From assembly GCF_018350175.1 (NCBI RefSeq), contig NC_058373.1, forward strand, positions 111,168,001 through 111,232,000: a stretch of 64,000 nucleotides of DNA, in the 5' to 3' direction. The DNA comes from Felis catus (Eukaryota). The notes beneath the pieces were generated by a model, which saw only the letters and a list, made by a program, of their open reading frames with translations, made no database searches and had not been told where the DNA came from. The translations under genes were made by a program, and so were the position numbers. Positions 37,541 through 49,706 of this stretch are shown here, piece after piece; the stretch's first letter is position 1, and each line of letters begins with the position of its first letter.

Positions 37541-40500
37541 AAGAGCTACAGGAGAGAGAACAAGGCTGAGAACTACAGGAGAAAAAACAAGGCTGACGCA
37601 ACCACATTACTCAGTTGGAAAAGAACTTGGGAAAAAGAAAATTCCACATTGAAGTCATCTGAGCTTGAGTGGAGGTCAAGGTGTGGCTGGGGCCCTGACC
37701 ACAAGAAACAGAGCTGCTGCTCATTGTAGACTGGTTTGCCTAAAGAATGAGCAATGAAAAAAAAAAAAAAAAAAGAATGAACAATGAGCCCAGTCCTGGG
37801 GGATCCGAACAAGGATTCCCAACTTCTTTACTACCGGTATGGCCTTGGGCAAGTCACTTCACTTCTCTGGACTGGTTTCCAGACATGTAAGCAAAGAGAC
37901 GGGCCTAAATAATCCCCTTTAAATGCTACATTATAGGCTTCTGATGCTCAGAACTCAAATAATCATTGGCAAAAATTTATTGACCACTTTCTCTCTGCCA
38001 GCTAACCTGTAGGGATCTCTCAGGACAAGAAACATTTTCCAATTTCTCAGTGTCCCACAGGTTATTCTTCGGTGGCTGCAGCCCAGCCACCTCTCCAGGG
38101 CCAGTGGGCGGAGGTGGTAGGGGGGTGGGGGGGAGAGAAGCATCTTTTGACTCAATTACTCGTTTACTGATCACCTACTTTTCCTGCCTTCCAAGCTGGT
38201 GGTTGTCCCCAATGGCTGTTCCATTTGATCCCACATCGTGGGATTCCCCGAGCACCACCCACCTAGAGAGCGGCCATGGCCTCTCTCTGGGCAGTAATAC
38301 AGTTTCCTTCTCAGTCTCATACGGACCTCCTGCTATCTTTCATCCTGTGGAGCTGCATTCGCCTCTATGCCCCAGGTTTATTCAGCTGTGTTCTCCTCTG
38401 CTCTGCAGGCTCTCTGTCACAGGACGCTGTCACAGCACCGTCGAAATTCACTTTGCCTTTCCCTCTGCCCTATCCGCCGAGCAAGTGCATTCGGCATTTC
38501 GGCCATGGAAATTCTCCGGCCCCCTTCGCTCTTGCCTAAAATGGAAACCTCCGTGGCTTTGCAGAAAAATTCCACAGTCTCCCGCAATCCGAACTCAATG
38601 GCTATTTGTTGAGCACTTATGATCTGCTCGGTTGTTGTTATGTCCTCAAGGGGCTTATGATGTTGTGGGTGAAATGAAACAGACACATGGGACACAATGT
38701 GAAAACAGCAAAGCACGGTAGTGTCGTCAGTGTTATCACGAGGTGCCAAATGTGTGGCACTAGAATACCATCTCTACCACTAGCAGGGGCTCCTGCCATG
38801 CGCCCACACCTTGCACACCTTGCCAACACCTCATGACAAACCTATGAGCCGGGTAGTATTGTCTGTGATCTACACATCAGCAAACTGAGTCACAGAGAAT
38901 TTAATTAACTTACAGTCTCATGGACGATAAGACAACCCGGCTCTTTGCACCTCCAAAGTATGTGCATTTGTAATCTTAACTCCATGCTGAACCACTGCTC
39001 TGTGAGCACCATGAATGGGGGGGAGGGGGGAGTCTCTAGGTGTTTTTGCTCATGACTATTTTCCAGAACCATTTTCTTAGTGCTTACCATAGTAAATGCT
39101 CAGTTAAAACAAACAAACAAAAAAACCCAAAACAACAACAACTATATATATATATATATATTGCATGCTACACTTCTTCTGGACAGAAACATCTATAGGA
39201 AAAGCTAGACAAAACGGTCTGTTTTCTAGAGTCACAGTGGGAGGAATACTGAAGGGTTTGGAGGATTACCAAGTTCAAGCTCAGCCAACCCAGTAGACTA
39301 AGGATGGGCTTGATTAGAAGGCACAGGGGGGATAGAAAAGGAGAGAAAACAAAACAAAAACAAAAGCCACCGCAATAACAACACACACAAACAACAGCGC
39401 TGCTCCTCTCTGAAGGTCACTTTGAGACCTTCTAGCCATCCCTCGTCCTGCCCTGTTCCTCCTGTGCACACAGCCCCTCTCAATGCTGCTTTTGTGCTGC
39501 TTATGTCTCGAGTCTCCCACACGGTGGGCCTCAGGAGGGCAGGCTCTGGCTTTACCCTGCTTTGTATCCCCTGTGGTGGGTTGGTTCCTCTGACCAAATG
39601 TTTGCTGAAATGAATTGAAATTAGGAAGTGTACCATGCCACCCAGCCTTCTTCTTTTGTTCTTTCTGTTTCTTATGTGATGCTCTTTGGGAAGTAGCAAT
39701 GATATAGGAAGAAAGAACGGCGGAGAAACCCCTTGGTAGTTGTAAGGAGAAATGATTGTGGTGCCATTTTTTTTTTTTTTTTTTTAAAGCCCTGGGTCTG
39801 ATCTGTCCCAGATTGGATTCCCGCTCTTAGAAGAAGGAAAAAAAAAAAAAAAAAAAAAAGGAAAGAAATGAAGCTGTATCTCCCCATCGAGACAGCCTGG
39901 AGGGTCTGCCTCAAAGAGGATTGAGGGGGAAATGTTCAATTTTATTGATGTGTTCTGCTGGGTCCTTCTCTCCGGGACACTGTTTAGTGCACCGAGTGAA
40001 GTGGAAAATAAAGAGCAGGTGAGCAATCAGCTGTGAAAAGCTTTAATGGACCCAGTACCCCTTTGGGAATGAGGCAAGGCTCTTGCTGGCACTCAGGACC
40101 AACACTATTCCAGTTCAGTGGGCTTTGTTTTTGAAATGGGAATTTAACTCCCTCAGGTGGCCCCAGGATGGAGGAAGAGTACTGCCTTTGGCAACAGCGG
40201 CCCAGCGGCCCCTTTAAAGAGAACCAAGGCCGCCGTCCCAGAAGGAACCCCTTGGCTCATCAGGGGCCTTTGGGAATTTTGAGCTTTCTGGGTGGGTCAC
40301 GTGACCCCGAGAACAAAGCGATGTTGTGACCACCTGGGCCTTCAAAGTAATGGAGCTGAGACCATCCTGGAGCGGAGGCTACCACGGGCTGGTGTGGATC
40401 CAGACCCAGGGGGCTTGGGACTCCTGCAGCATCTCAGCAGGAGCCCCGGGGTGGGCGGGCCTCTTTTAAGGTCTCTGGAGTGTTCTATGGAGAATGAGGC

Positions 40501-40980
40501 CTTGGATTTGGTCTAGGAGGCTGGGAAAGGACGTCTCGCTCCGAATATCGAGGAGGAGAAGGATGACGAAGAGCAGGCCGTCTGTGTTTACCGTACTGCA
40601 GAGCCTGAGCTAACTACCGTATTTCTTAACCGTGTGAGCGATACCTCCACTCCCTAACACTAACAAAAATTTGGTCTTTGCCGGTGAGCTTCTCTTCTCT
40701 CCTACCCTTTCAGGTCCTCCTGGCTACTGAGCTTCTGCAAAGGTAGGACTGGGGGAGTGGCTGTAGAGGGAGGATCAGGGAAGCAGGGGGAAAGGGAAGG
40801 GTTCTTCTTACTGGGCCCCCTCCAAAGCTCTCCCTCATTGTGGAGGATGCCGGTGCTGGGCAGAGCGTAGATGAAAATCTGAAAATGAAGTGGGAGAAAC
40901 TTAGCTCCGTCAACCTGTGTCGCAAATATGGGATGGGGAGGAATGAAGAACAGAAAAACAAAATCTGTGAGATGGGTGTT

Positions 40981-41205
40981 AGGGAGCGTTGCCAGATAAA
41001 ATACAGGACACCAGTTTCATTTGAATTTCAGGTAAACCAGTAATTTTTTTAGTGTAATGTATATGTTTTTTTAGTATAAGTATGTCCCAAATATTGCATG
41101 GGAAATATTAGTACTTAAAAAAAGGTTTGTTGTGTATCTGAAAATCAAATTAAACTGCGCATCCTTTTCTGTTGCTTGTTTCGTTTTGTTTGGCTAGACT
41201 CGGTA
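40981..41205 (+). mobile_element. MER53-like palindromic hAT MITE
   Basis: gttgccagataaaatacaggacaccag...agtataagtatgtcccaaatattgcatggga. Confidence 0.85.
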
Positions 41206-41406
41206 AGTCAAGTGCCGTTGGGAGAGTTTTGTGAGATTTCTAGTGGGGGCAGGGCAATTGGGCAGAAGAATAAAAGATATTTTATGAAAGGTTACGGTGG
41301 GTTATAGACTGGACCCTCTCTTACGATCTTTGAGTGATACTTCTGTGATCAGAAAGCAGGACGAATTACATTCGCCTCTAGGACTGTCTTCTTAAAATGT
41401 AAGTTC

Positions 41407-41640
41407 AGGGGCGCCTGGGTGGCGCAGTCGGTTAAGCGTCCGACTTCAGCCAGGTCACGATCTCGCGGTCTGTGAGTTCTCGCGGTCCGTGAGTTCGAGC
41501 CCCACGTTGGGCTCTGGGCTGATGGCTCAGAGCCTGGAGCCTGTTTCCGATTCTGTGTCTCCCTCTCTCTCTGCCCCTCCCCCGTTCATGCTCTGTCTCT
41601 CTCTGTCCCAAAATTAAATAAACGTTGAAAAAAAAAAATT
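41407..41640 (+). mobile_element. Young SINEC_Fc-type SINE with 17-bp internal duplication
   Basis: TSD ttaaaatgtaagttca; tctcgcggtcYgtgagt occurs twice. Confidence 0.95.
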
Positions 41641-41689
41641 TAAAATGTAAGTTCATACAGAGACTGGATGGCGGGAGACCCTGGCTTAG

Positions 41690-41875
41690 GTCTGGGGCAC
41701 ACATATATTATCTCATATAATCTTTTACCTTTGTGTAAGGTAGGCAGCATTGTTCTTGCTTTACAGATGAGGGAATTAAGGCTCAGAGGGGTTAAATAAC
41801 TTGCCTAGGGTCACATAGTAGACCTTGTAAGTAGTAGAGCTGGATTCTAAGCCTAAGTTCATGTGACTTCCTGGG
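41690..41875 (-). mobile_element. MIR
   Basis: tttacagatgagggaattaaggctcagaggggttaaataacttgcctagggtcaca. Confidence 0.85.
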
Positions 41876-42999
41876 CTCTAAATCTAAAGCCTTAAGAGCC
41901 CACTTCAGACTGAATCTCTACTTCCCAGCTAAATGCCACTAGGATATGCATGTGTTTTGCAATACTTGAACATACATGACAAATGCAGGTGGAATGGACT
42001 CATGGATTTGTAGCATTCGCTTTTCAGTTGAGGAAACGGATATCTAGAGAAGATAAAGTTCACACAGGTAGTAGCAGAACTGAGACCAGAACCTGGACCC
42101 ATAGAGGGCATGCAGGGAATGAGAGCTCCCGGGGGGCAGCTGCAGAAAAGTGAAGCAGGTCAAGCTGACAGCCCCCTTGTTGTCAACCTCCTCCTGCCTC
42201 ATCGCCTCACCTGTCCCCCTCCCACATCCCACCCTCTTCCGGCATTGAGCCGTGTCCTGTTTCCACGTGTTCCGGCTCTGAGCCAGCTGTCATAATCCCT
42301 GCAAGGTGTTAGACGATAACAGCTTGGGGGAGGATCATAAAATGTTGGCCCAGTGGAGGACATTAGAGGTTATAGAAGTCTGCAAGGAGTGTGTGCTGGG
42401 ACAGATATTGCAAGAGATGCCAGAGGGCCTGGGCACCCGGCAGCCTGGCAAGGTGGCATTTACCTTGGGGCATTCACTATGGTCCAGCACCTGGTCTGTT
42501 CCCAGCCCTGCTACTCCACACGCTCCATTGTCTCATGCCCTCAGTTTGACTGGATGAGCGATGATCACTCATAGGAACAAAGCTCAGGGAGCAATACAAA
42601 TAAAAAAGCCAATTTATTAATGTACAATAAGACATAAAGCTGGTGAAGTGACTGGAGCCCACTCAGTGCTTTTCTCGCACAGAATGAGAAGCTGCATGAA
42701 GTCAAAGCGGCAACTGGCTGTCCAGGGCTTCTGAAATCAGTGCAGAGAGGGTGTCAGGCAGAGAAGCCCAGAATTTAACGGCATTGAGTGCTAAGGTCTG
42801 GGGCCACCGCTTTTACCAGAAAGAAGTACCTGCCAGAACGGCTGGACGCATGCCCCCATCAAACTCGGCGTACTCACTCTCTTCTGGGCAGTGCTGGAAT
42901 ATGGCAGGCATCAGGCCAGGAGATAAACAGCATACTCCAAAGAGTGTAGTGATTGCAGAGAGCTGAAGAAGGAATTCTTTTCCAATGTGTTTTGAAGCC

Positions 43000-43405
43000 A
43001 ACGAGAGATGATGAAGCACCCCTGATCTAGCCCCAATCTGGCAACCTTGGGAGTAATTACCATCTCCAGGGCAAAAGGAAGAAGCAGTTGTCAGAAGCTG
43101 GAGAAGCCGGTAGTTGCGGCCCTGAGGGAGAGAGCAGTTCCACAGGATCCAAGGCCTCGGGATGGGAAGAAACACATCATTGCCAAAGCTGTCTAGCAGG
43201 GAGGGAACTGAGGAAGAAATACTTGGGCTTCTCGCTCCTCCTGTCCTTTGATTCTGCTTGTGCCTCGCATTGGCTGAACCCAAGTAGAAGCCAGAGAGCT
43301 TGATACGATCTGTGGAGGCCAGCCTCTTGGGTCACAATCTGTGGAGGCCAGCCTCTCGGGTCACAGAGCAATGTAGGGAAGAAGGAGAACAGCTCCAGAT
43401 GGGCA
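43000..43405. mobile_element. Old LTR fragment (LTR67B/LTR78-like)
   Basis: gcctcgcattggctgaacccaagtagaagccagagagc...aggccagcctctcgggtcacagagc. Confidence 0.5.
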
Positions 43406-43811
43406 GAGATCCCTGCTACATGGACCTGCAAGCATTGTGCTTTTTCTTTCCCACACTTCCTGCCAGGCCACCCTGCTTCTGCTTGAGACCATCCAGAATA
43501 ATCCCCTTCATCTGGTTACTCAGTGTTCTTCCAGCTGTGAGAGCTATTTTTTTCTCTTTCAGATGACTCTAGGTATCTCTGTTCTGATCAGGTAAATGAT
43601 GGATTCATAAATGTAATCTTATAATCTTATTTTCTTTGTTTTCTCATGGTTTTAGGGCTAGGGCGGGCGCACCTCACAGGGGCTTCCATAAACCAACATA
43701 AGTCAGCCCCAGTAGATAGAAGAATTAAGGGCAGAAAGAACTCAAGAGCTGGCCAGGGCTCTCTCAAGATGGCTGTCTTGCCATCACTTTACCAGGAGTG
43801 TTTGCATTTTA

Positions 43812-43915
43812 TTTTATTTTTTTTAATTTTTTTTTCAACGTTTATTTATTTTTTTTGGGACAGAGAGAGACATAGCATGAACGGGGGAGGGGCAGAGAGA
43901 GAAGGAGACACAGAA
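43812..43915 (-). mobile_element. 5'-truncated young SINE
   Basis: Only tail and CT tract present; perfect TSD tgtttgcatttta. Confidence 0.9.
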
Positions 43916-44035
43916 TGTTTGCATTTTAAAAAAAGACTCTTAAATATATAAAATGTAAGGCCTGAAAGAAAGTCTCTCAAAAGGCAGCATTTCAGTTTAG
44001 TATTGGTTAAGTGCCAATACTTTAGTATTGGTTAA

Positions 44036-44512
44036 GTGGGCTAAATAATGCCTCCCTCAAAGATGCGCACGCCCTAATCCCCAGAACCTGTGAATATGTT
44101 GCCTTATGTGGAAAAAGGGTCTTTGCATGTATGATTAAATTAAAGGTTTTGAGTGTGGGGATTATCCTAGATTATCCAGATAGAGCGAATGTAATCACAA
44201 GGGTCATTATAAGGGAGACAGGAGGGTCAGAAGCTGGGAGAGGAACTGTGACAACAGAAGCAGAGGTTGGATTGATGTATTTTAAAGTTGAAAGAGAAGG
44301 GGCCATGAACCAAGACATCAGGAAGCCTCTAAAAGCTAGAAAAGGTGACAATTCTTGCCTACAGCCTCTAGAAGGAACATGGACTTTGATTTCAGCCCCA
44401 CAACACCCATTTCAGACTTCCGACCTCCAAAACTGTAAGAGAATAAATTTGTGTTGTTTTAAGCTGCTAAATTTGCAGTAATTTGTAACAGCAATCATAG
44501 AAAATCAACACA
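44036..44512 (+). mobile_element. MLT1C/D-like solo LTR
   Basis: gggctaaataatgcctccctcaaagatg...cctaatccccagaacctgtgaatatgtt...aactgtaagagaataaatttgtgttgttttaag. Confidence 0.9.
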
Positions 44513-46089
44513 GAGGTTATCTTTGGGGCAGAGGCTCCTTTCCAACAACCTTTAATCACAGGCTATACCAAAACTTGCTTAGGATGGCATTTTTGCCAAC
44601 CGATCTTGGGTCTTTGTATAGACACCAGTGGGCTGGAGTCCTGAGTGTAAAAGCTACCCTGGTTAACTGTCCCATGACATGTGCAACTGATGTTAACATG
44701 GTTTCTGCCCTGATAAGCATATTCCCAGCCCTGTCCTTCACTGCTCACCAGGTCAAGGTTGCTTGGGGTCCCCATCTCCAAGACTTTTGAGCCCAGAACT
44801 GCATTCCCAGAAAGTGAGAAAGGCAGGCAGAGGTGGTGAGGAGGCCTCTCCAGGCAGGGATGGTGGGCCAAAAAATTGAGGAGTGACACAAAGGACTTTG
44901 TTTTCCTCTTGTCGCTCTGTTTCAAAAATAGCCCAAGGAAATGGTTTTGAATCTGCTTTGAACTGAAATACTTGGGGGAAAAAAAATCCTTGGCGTGAAC
45001 TTCAGGTCATTTAGCAGATTTCCTTAATTTTATTCTCCACCCCTGTAGTGACCCCAACAGGCTCTGGGAAAAGGTCCTTCTCTGTAAAGCTGTTTTCTTT
45101 CTTCTTCAATTAAGTCACACACACTAAATGGAAATGAAGAGGACATCGCTTAAAATGTGCCTTTAGGATGAAATGGAATATGAAAAGGCTCAAATCCATT
45201 TTAGAGACAGCCTCTTCTGTCAGAAATCAATACAGCCCGTGCATTCTACAATGTGCCAGTTCATAAAGTAAAAACGGCTCGAACTCTCAATTTAACATTT
45301 TCAAAGCTGATATTAAATTCCAAGATTTTATGTCTGCTGTTGCCCATTTAGGACCAAGTTATAAATCTGAAGTCTCTCCCCAGCTTACGCGTCTGACAGT
45401 GCTCGATAAAAACTTTTATAATCAAGTTCAAAAAAGAATCACAAATCTCCATCTTGTGATTTTTAGCTTACGACAATCTGCGTAAAAAACATCTCCCTGC
45501 CTTGATGTTTGTCAATATTTGTCATTTTAAGAAAGGGGTAAAATAGAAATGCTATGTAAACTCTTACCTCTTGGATGAAAATTATGGTTAGTAAAGGATT
45601 CAATGAATAAGACGTCTTCACAGCGGCATTTATACAGAATGACAAGGAAAAGCCAGATGGAAATTCAAGTGACAACCATGATTTGCTATCTATGGCATTC
45701 ACAGTGAAACAGAAGACAGGCCATTATCTGGAAGTAAAAAAAAAAAAACCACCAAAAAAAACCGCACCCCACAACAACAACTTTTCTTTGCTCATTAGCA
45801 TTTATTCCAGTCCTGCAGGCCAGCCATGCACCCATCCTTCTAAATTATCCTTAGGCTAGAAATAAAGAGGCCAGTTTTATCCATAAGCCTGTTTTTGGTG
45901 ATCTTCATTCTTCAGAGCCAGAAACAAACAAACAAAAAAATAATAATGAGAAAGATATTTTATTCAAGCAAGTTGGAGTCTGAGTGTTTTAAATTTTCCT
46001 ATCTGTAAAGAGACTGGAAACAATACATATACACATATACATATGTAAACACCCACATATGCACAAAAACACATGGATAAATACATATT

Positions 46090-46300
46090 ACTAAAATTAG
46101 GAAGATAAGCATGGGAATGGTAAACATCAAATTCAGGACAGTGGTCACCTCTGAAGAAGAGGGAGGGGGACATAATGAAGAAGACACACAGGAAACTTCA
46201 GGTGAATCTGTAATGTTTTACTTTTCAAACTGAATAGTTCACAGGTGCTCATTATAGTAATGTCTATGCCTTGCTTATATGCACATCTGCCAAATGTTAT
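46090..46300 (+). mobile_element. L1ME-like 3' fragment
   Basis: aaacatcaaattcaggacagtggtcacctctg. Confidence 0.65.
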
Positions 46301-46311
46301 CATTAAAACAA

Positions 46312-46532
46312 TTTTTTTTTTTAATATTTTTAATGTTTATTTTTGACAGAGAGAGAGAGACAGAGCATGAACAGGGGAGAGGCAGAGAGAGAGAGAGACA
46401 CAGAATCAGAAGCAGGCTCTAGGCTCTGAGCTGTCCGCACAGAGCTCAATGCGGGGCTCAAACTCACAGAGTGCGAGATCATGACCTGAGCCAAATTTGG
46501 TTGCTCAACCGACTGAGCCACCCAGAGGCCCC
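46312..46532 (-). mobile_element. CanSINE
   Basis: TSD tcattaaaacaa. Confidence 0.95.
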
Positions 46533-46566
46533 TCATTAAAACAAATTTTAAAGAAAGGTTAGGGTT

Positions 46567-47054
46567 GTGTGAGGTTCATTTCATGTGTCAACTTGACGGG
46601 GCAAAGGGAAGCCCAGATAGCTGGTAAAACATTATGTCTAGGTGTTTGTGAAGAGAGAGATTAGCATTTGAATTGGAGGACTGAAGAGACCCATTCTCAC
46701 CAATGTGGGCAGGCTTAATCCAATCTGGTGGGTGTCTGAATGGAAGTAAAGGTGAAGGTGAAGGAGGAATTCTCTCTTCTACAAGACAGATTGGAATGTT
46801 CCTCTTCTCCTGCCCTGGAACTTCAGAGATTCTGGTTCTCAGACCTTCGGGACTCTTGGCTTTCCTGGTTCTCTAGCTTGCGGACAACTTTTTGTGGGAC
46901 TCTGCCTCCATAATCGTATGAGCCAGTTCCCATAATCTCTCTGTCTCTCTCTGTCTCTGTCTCTCTCTGTCTCTGTCTCTCTCTTTCCCTCCCTCCCTCC
47001 CTCCCTATCTCATTTCCTATTGACTCTGTTTCTCTGTTGAACCCTGACTAATAT
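46567..47054 (+). mobile_element. MLT2B-like ERVL solo LTR with CT-rich microsatellite
   Basis: atgtgtcaacttgac...ccagatagctggtaaaacatt...accctgactaata. Confidence 0.9.
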
Positions 47055-47211
47055 AGGTTGGGTCATCAGAGAAATGGGGAAACGAGGGAACAGTTCAAAT
47101 GCGATTCAAACTTAGCACGGCTTTGTTACTCTGCCCGAGGTCTCTTTGCTAGTTCTACATTGGAGTGGGGACCGAGAGGTCATGTCAGTGACAGGGGAGG
47201 CTGGAAGTCCA

Positions 47212-47638
47212 AATGGTGTGCTGGATTATTTATTTATTTATTTACTTACTTACTTACTTACTTACTTATTTATTTATTTATTTAATGATTTGCTGGCTTA
47301 TAGTGGCTTCTGAAAGCTGACTTACTTTCAGGAATTTTACATGTCATCAGTTAAAGAAGTTAAGCTTGCAATTAAATAAGTTATATTGAAAGCAGAGTAA
47401 AATAACTACTTAAAACATCACATCTTAACTATTTTACTACTCAATACTATTATCTATGCTCTCGAAGTTGTTTCTATGTATTGTATCTGTATGGTGGAAA
47501 TACTCTTCAATTCACACCTTTACAACTCTGCATTCAGTGACACCATGGAAAGTAGGAGACTCTACTAATCAGGGCTCCTTGCTGCCCACCCACCCCCCAT
47601 TTGAGAACCTGTTGTTAACATTTACCAGCATACCACTG
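47212..47638 (+). mobile_element. MER63B-like hAT element with (TTTA/CTTA)n
   Basis: tggtgtgctgga...ttgtatctgtatggtggaaatact...gttgttaacatttaccagcataccactg. Confidence 0.85.
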
Positions 47639-48633
47639 GGTGGAACCCAACTTCTTCAGCAGTTTCTTGCCTCTAACTTCATTCTGAACATTCTGAATTC
47701 TCAATCACCAAGAAAAACTCACCCCTCTGCCAGGTTTGGATGACTTCTGCAAAACCAACTGGGTAGCTTCTTGAGGTATTAGGCAACTGGGTAGAATTTT
47801 CAAGAGAGAAATGGTCTTTTCTTTCTGTACATCCCCAGACCCCAAAGTATCAACTGTCAATGTCTCTCGTAGTCGCCCATCAAAGGTGCATTTGTCTGTT
47901 GGGATAATTCCAATACCAGATGTCACATTGTTGGGCCAGAGGCCTCTGTTTGGCTACCCCTGTTCTAATTCTCTTTCCTTTTTCAGTCCTGACTTGTCTT
48001 CAGCTGGTCTCGGGCCTTGATTTATGTAATATAAGGAACTGGCAAAGGGGCGGGGCACTGGCCAGCAGAAACCATGGGGTGTGTAAGCTTGAGCAGGTGG
48101 CCTGATGGCCAAATTCTCTGCTGGATTGAAGGCGTATCCTTTGGGCTGTGTCCCTGCTGCCAGTAGAGCCTGAGGCATCTGGAGTTTAGCAAGGAACAAA
48201 CAGGGGCTGGTTGAAGAATTATCTCATCCTGTGCCTTCCTTCCCCGCCTGTCAGCGGCGCCTGGGCCTGGGGCTTCAGCCCCCTGAACACCAGCCAGAGT
48301 CGAAGAACAGTATTGGTTCGAAAGGGGGTGGAAGGAACTTGCTTAGTATTCAGAGAAGTCAGAGATGCTGCTAAGTACAATCAAAAGTATAGGTTCCCTC
48401 TTGAAGTGGATCTTGACTTCTTCCCCATTCCTAGTTCCTCGCCAAGCCATTTCAAAAATCAGCTTCGTGAGATATTAAAAAACACTCTAAGTATCCATTA
48501 ATAGGGAACAGCTTAAGTAGGTAATATTCTGTCTTAAGAAGGAAAATTAAATGTCAATGAAAAATTACCTTTCCTTTTGAATATTGTATCATGTAAAACT
48601 TGTTAGAAATGTAACATTTAAAGGAAACGAACT

Positions 48634-48954
48634 GGGGCCCCTGGCCAGCTCAGGTAGTAGAGCAGGCAACTGTTGACCTTGGGGTTGTGAGTTTGAGGCC
48701 CACGTTGGGTGTGGAGACTAAAAATAAACTCTTTTTAAATTTTTTTTTTCAATGTTTTTATTTATTTTTGGGACAGAGAGAGACAGAGCATGAACGGGGG
48801 AGGGGCAGAGAGAGAGGGAGACGCAGAATCGGAAACAGGCTCCAGGCTCCGAGCCATCAGCCCAGAGCCTGACGCGGGGCTCGAACTCACGGACCGCGAG
48901 ATCGTGACCTGGCTGAAGTCGGACGCTTAACCGACTGCGCCACCCAGGCGCCCC
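48634..48954. mobile_element. Short forward SINE with a young reverse SINEC_Fc (48735-48954) in its tail
   Basis: TSD taaaaataaactctt. Confidence 0.9.
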
Positions 48955-49706
48955 TAAAAATAAACTCTTAAAGAGCTATAAAAAATAAACAAACTAAATG
49001 GTTATGTTGTAGGGATCACACGGCACATGAAAAATCTACCTTCTACTATTGAATCCTGTATTCAAAAAGAAAAACTGAATTGTTTTAGGTAGAACTAACT
49101 CTATTCACTTGTGGTTTAGGATAAAATTTCCAGTGACTGCAAATAGGTTTAAAAAGTGCTGAAACGCAAACAATTTACATGAAAGGGAAGGTAACACCCT
49201 CTAGAAAGCTGACAGAGAACTCAAAAAGTGGCTCCGGGGAGGAAAGATCTTTAAAATCATAACGTGCAAGAGACATGGGAAGAATTCAAATGAATTATGT
49301 CATGCAATGTGAGTGTGGGAAAAAGCCATATTCCTCCCTTAGAATGTTATTTTATACACTATATGATTTTAAAGATGTACGTGCAACCAAACTAACAGAT
49401 GGTTTTAAGTTAAAAATCATGTTTTAGGAGACCAATGGCACAAGGAAAAGGGCACAGCAGTGATTAAATCAGTATACAGATTCTTGGTATATAAAAACTA
49501 TCTATAAATACAAATACATGTGATATACATAAATGTATATCAATCTGGAAGAAAAGGCACCAAAAACAATTAGTGGTTGTAATTGTATGTAAGATTACAA
49601 GTGACCTTTATTTTCTTCTTTATATATTTTTCTAGTTTCCAAACTTTACACAATGAATAGTCATGACTTTTAAAACAAAAAAGAATCTTATTTTAAAAAC
49701 AACACG

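Larger units (their letters stand above)
16226..43945 (-). pseudogene. Putative decayed kinesin-13 / KIF24-like gene (overall span)
   Basis: Collinear minus-strand peptide remnants resemble the motor (43.9-40.6 kb), post-motor/Ser-Pro region (18-24 kb) and C-terminal tail (17.7-16.2 kb) of KIF24 as recalled. Stops, frameshifts and TE insertions occur throughout. Confidence 0.55.
40617..43945 (-). pseudogene. Eroded kinesin motor-domain remnants
   Basis: In order: LRVFF..CKHS, DGKTAILREPWPALEF, LFG..VY..FQH, ACGVAG/AGN, FYNL*C..GQ, MRQEEVDN, SSHSLHAL, IS*WHLAGK*R, ECNSS, PIPYLRHRLTE, MRESFGG. Confidence 0.45.

Noticed and set aside
38050..38622. 190-aa plus-strand ORF
   Set aside because: No recognisable domain, non-ATG start and no evident codon bias.
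40395..40445. SQAPWVWIHTSP resembling KIF24 SQEWVIHASP
   Set aside because: Competes with DWIRLSP near 22880; cannot decide without an alignment, so not used as evidence.
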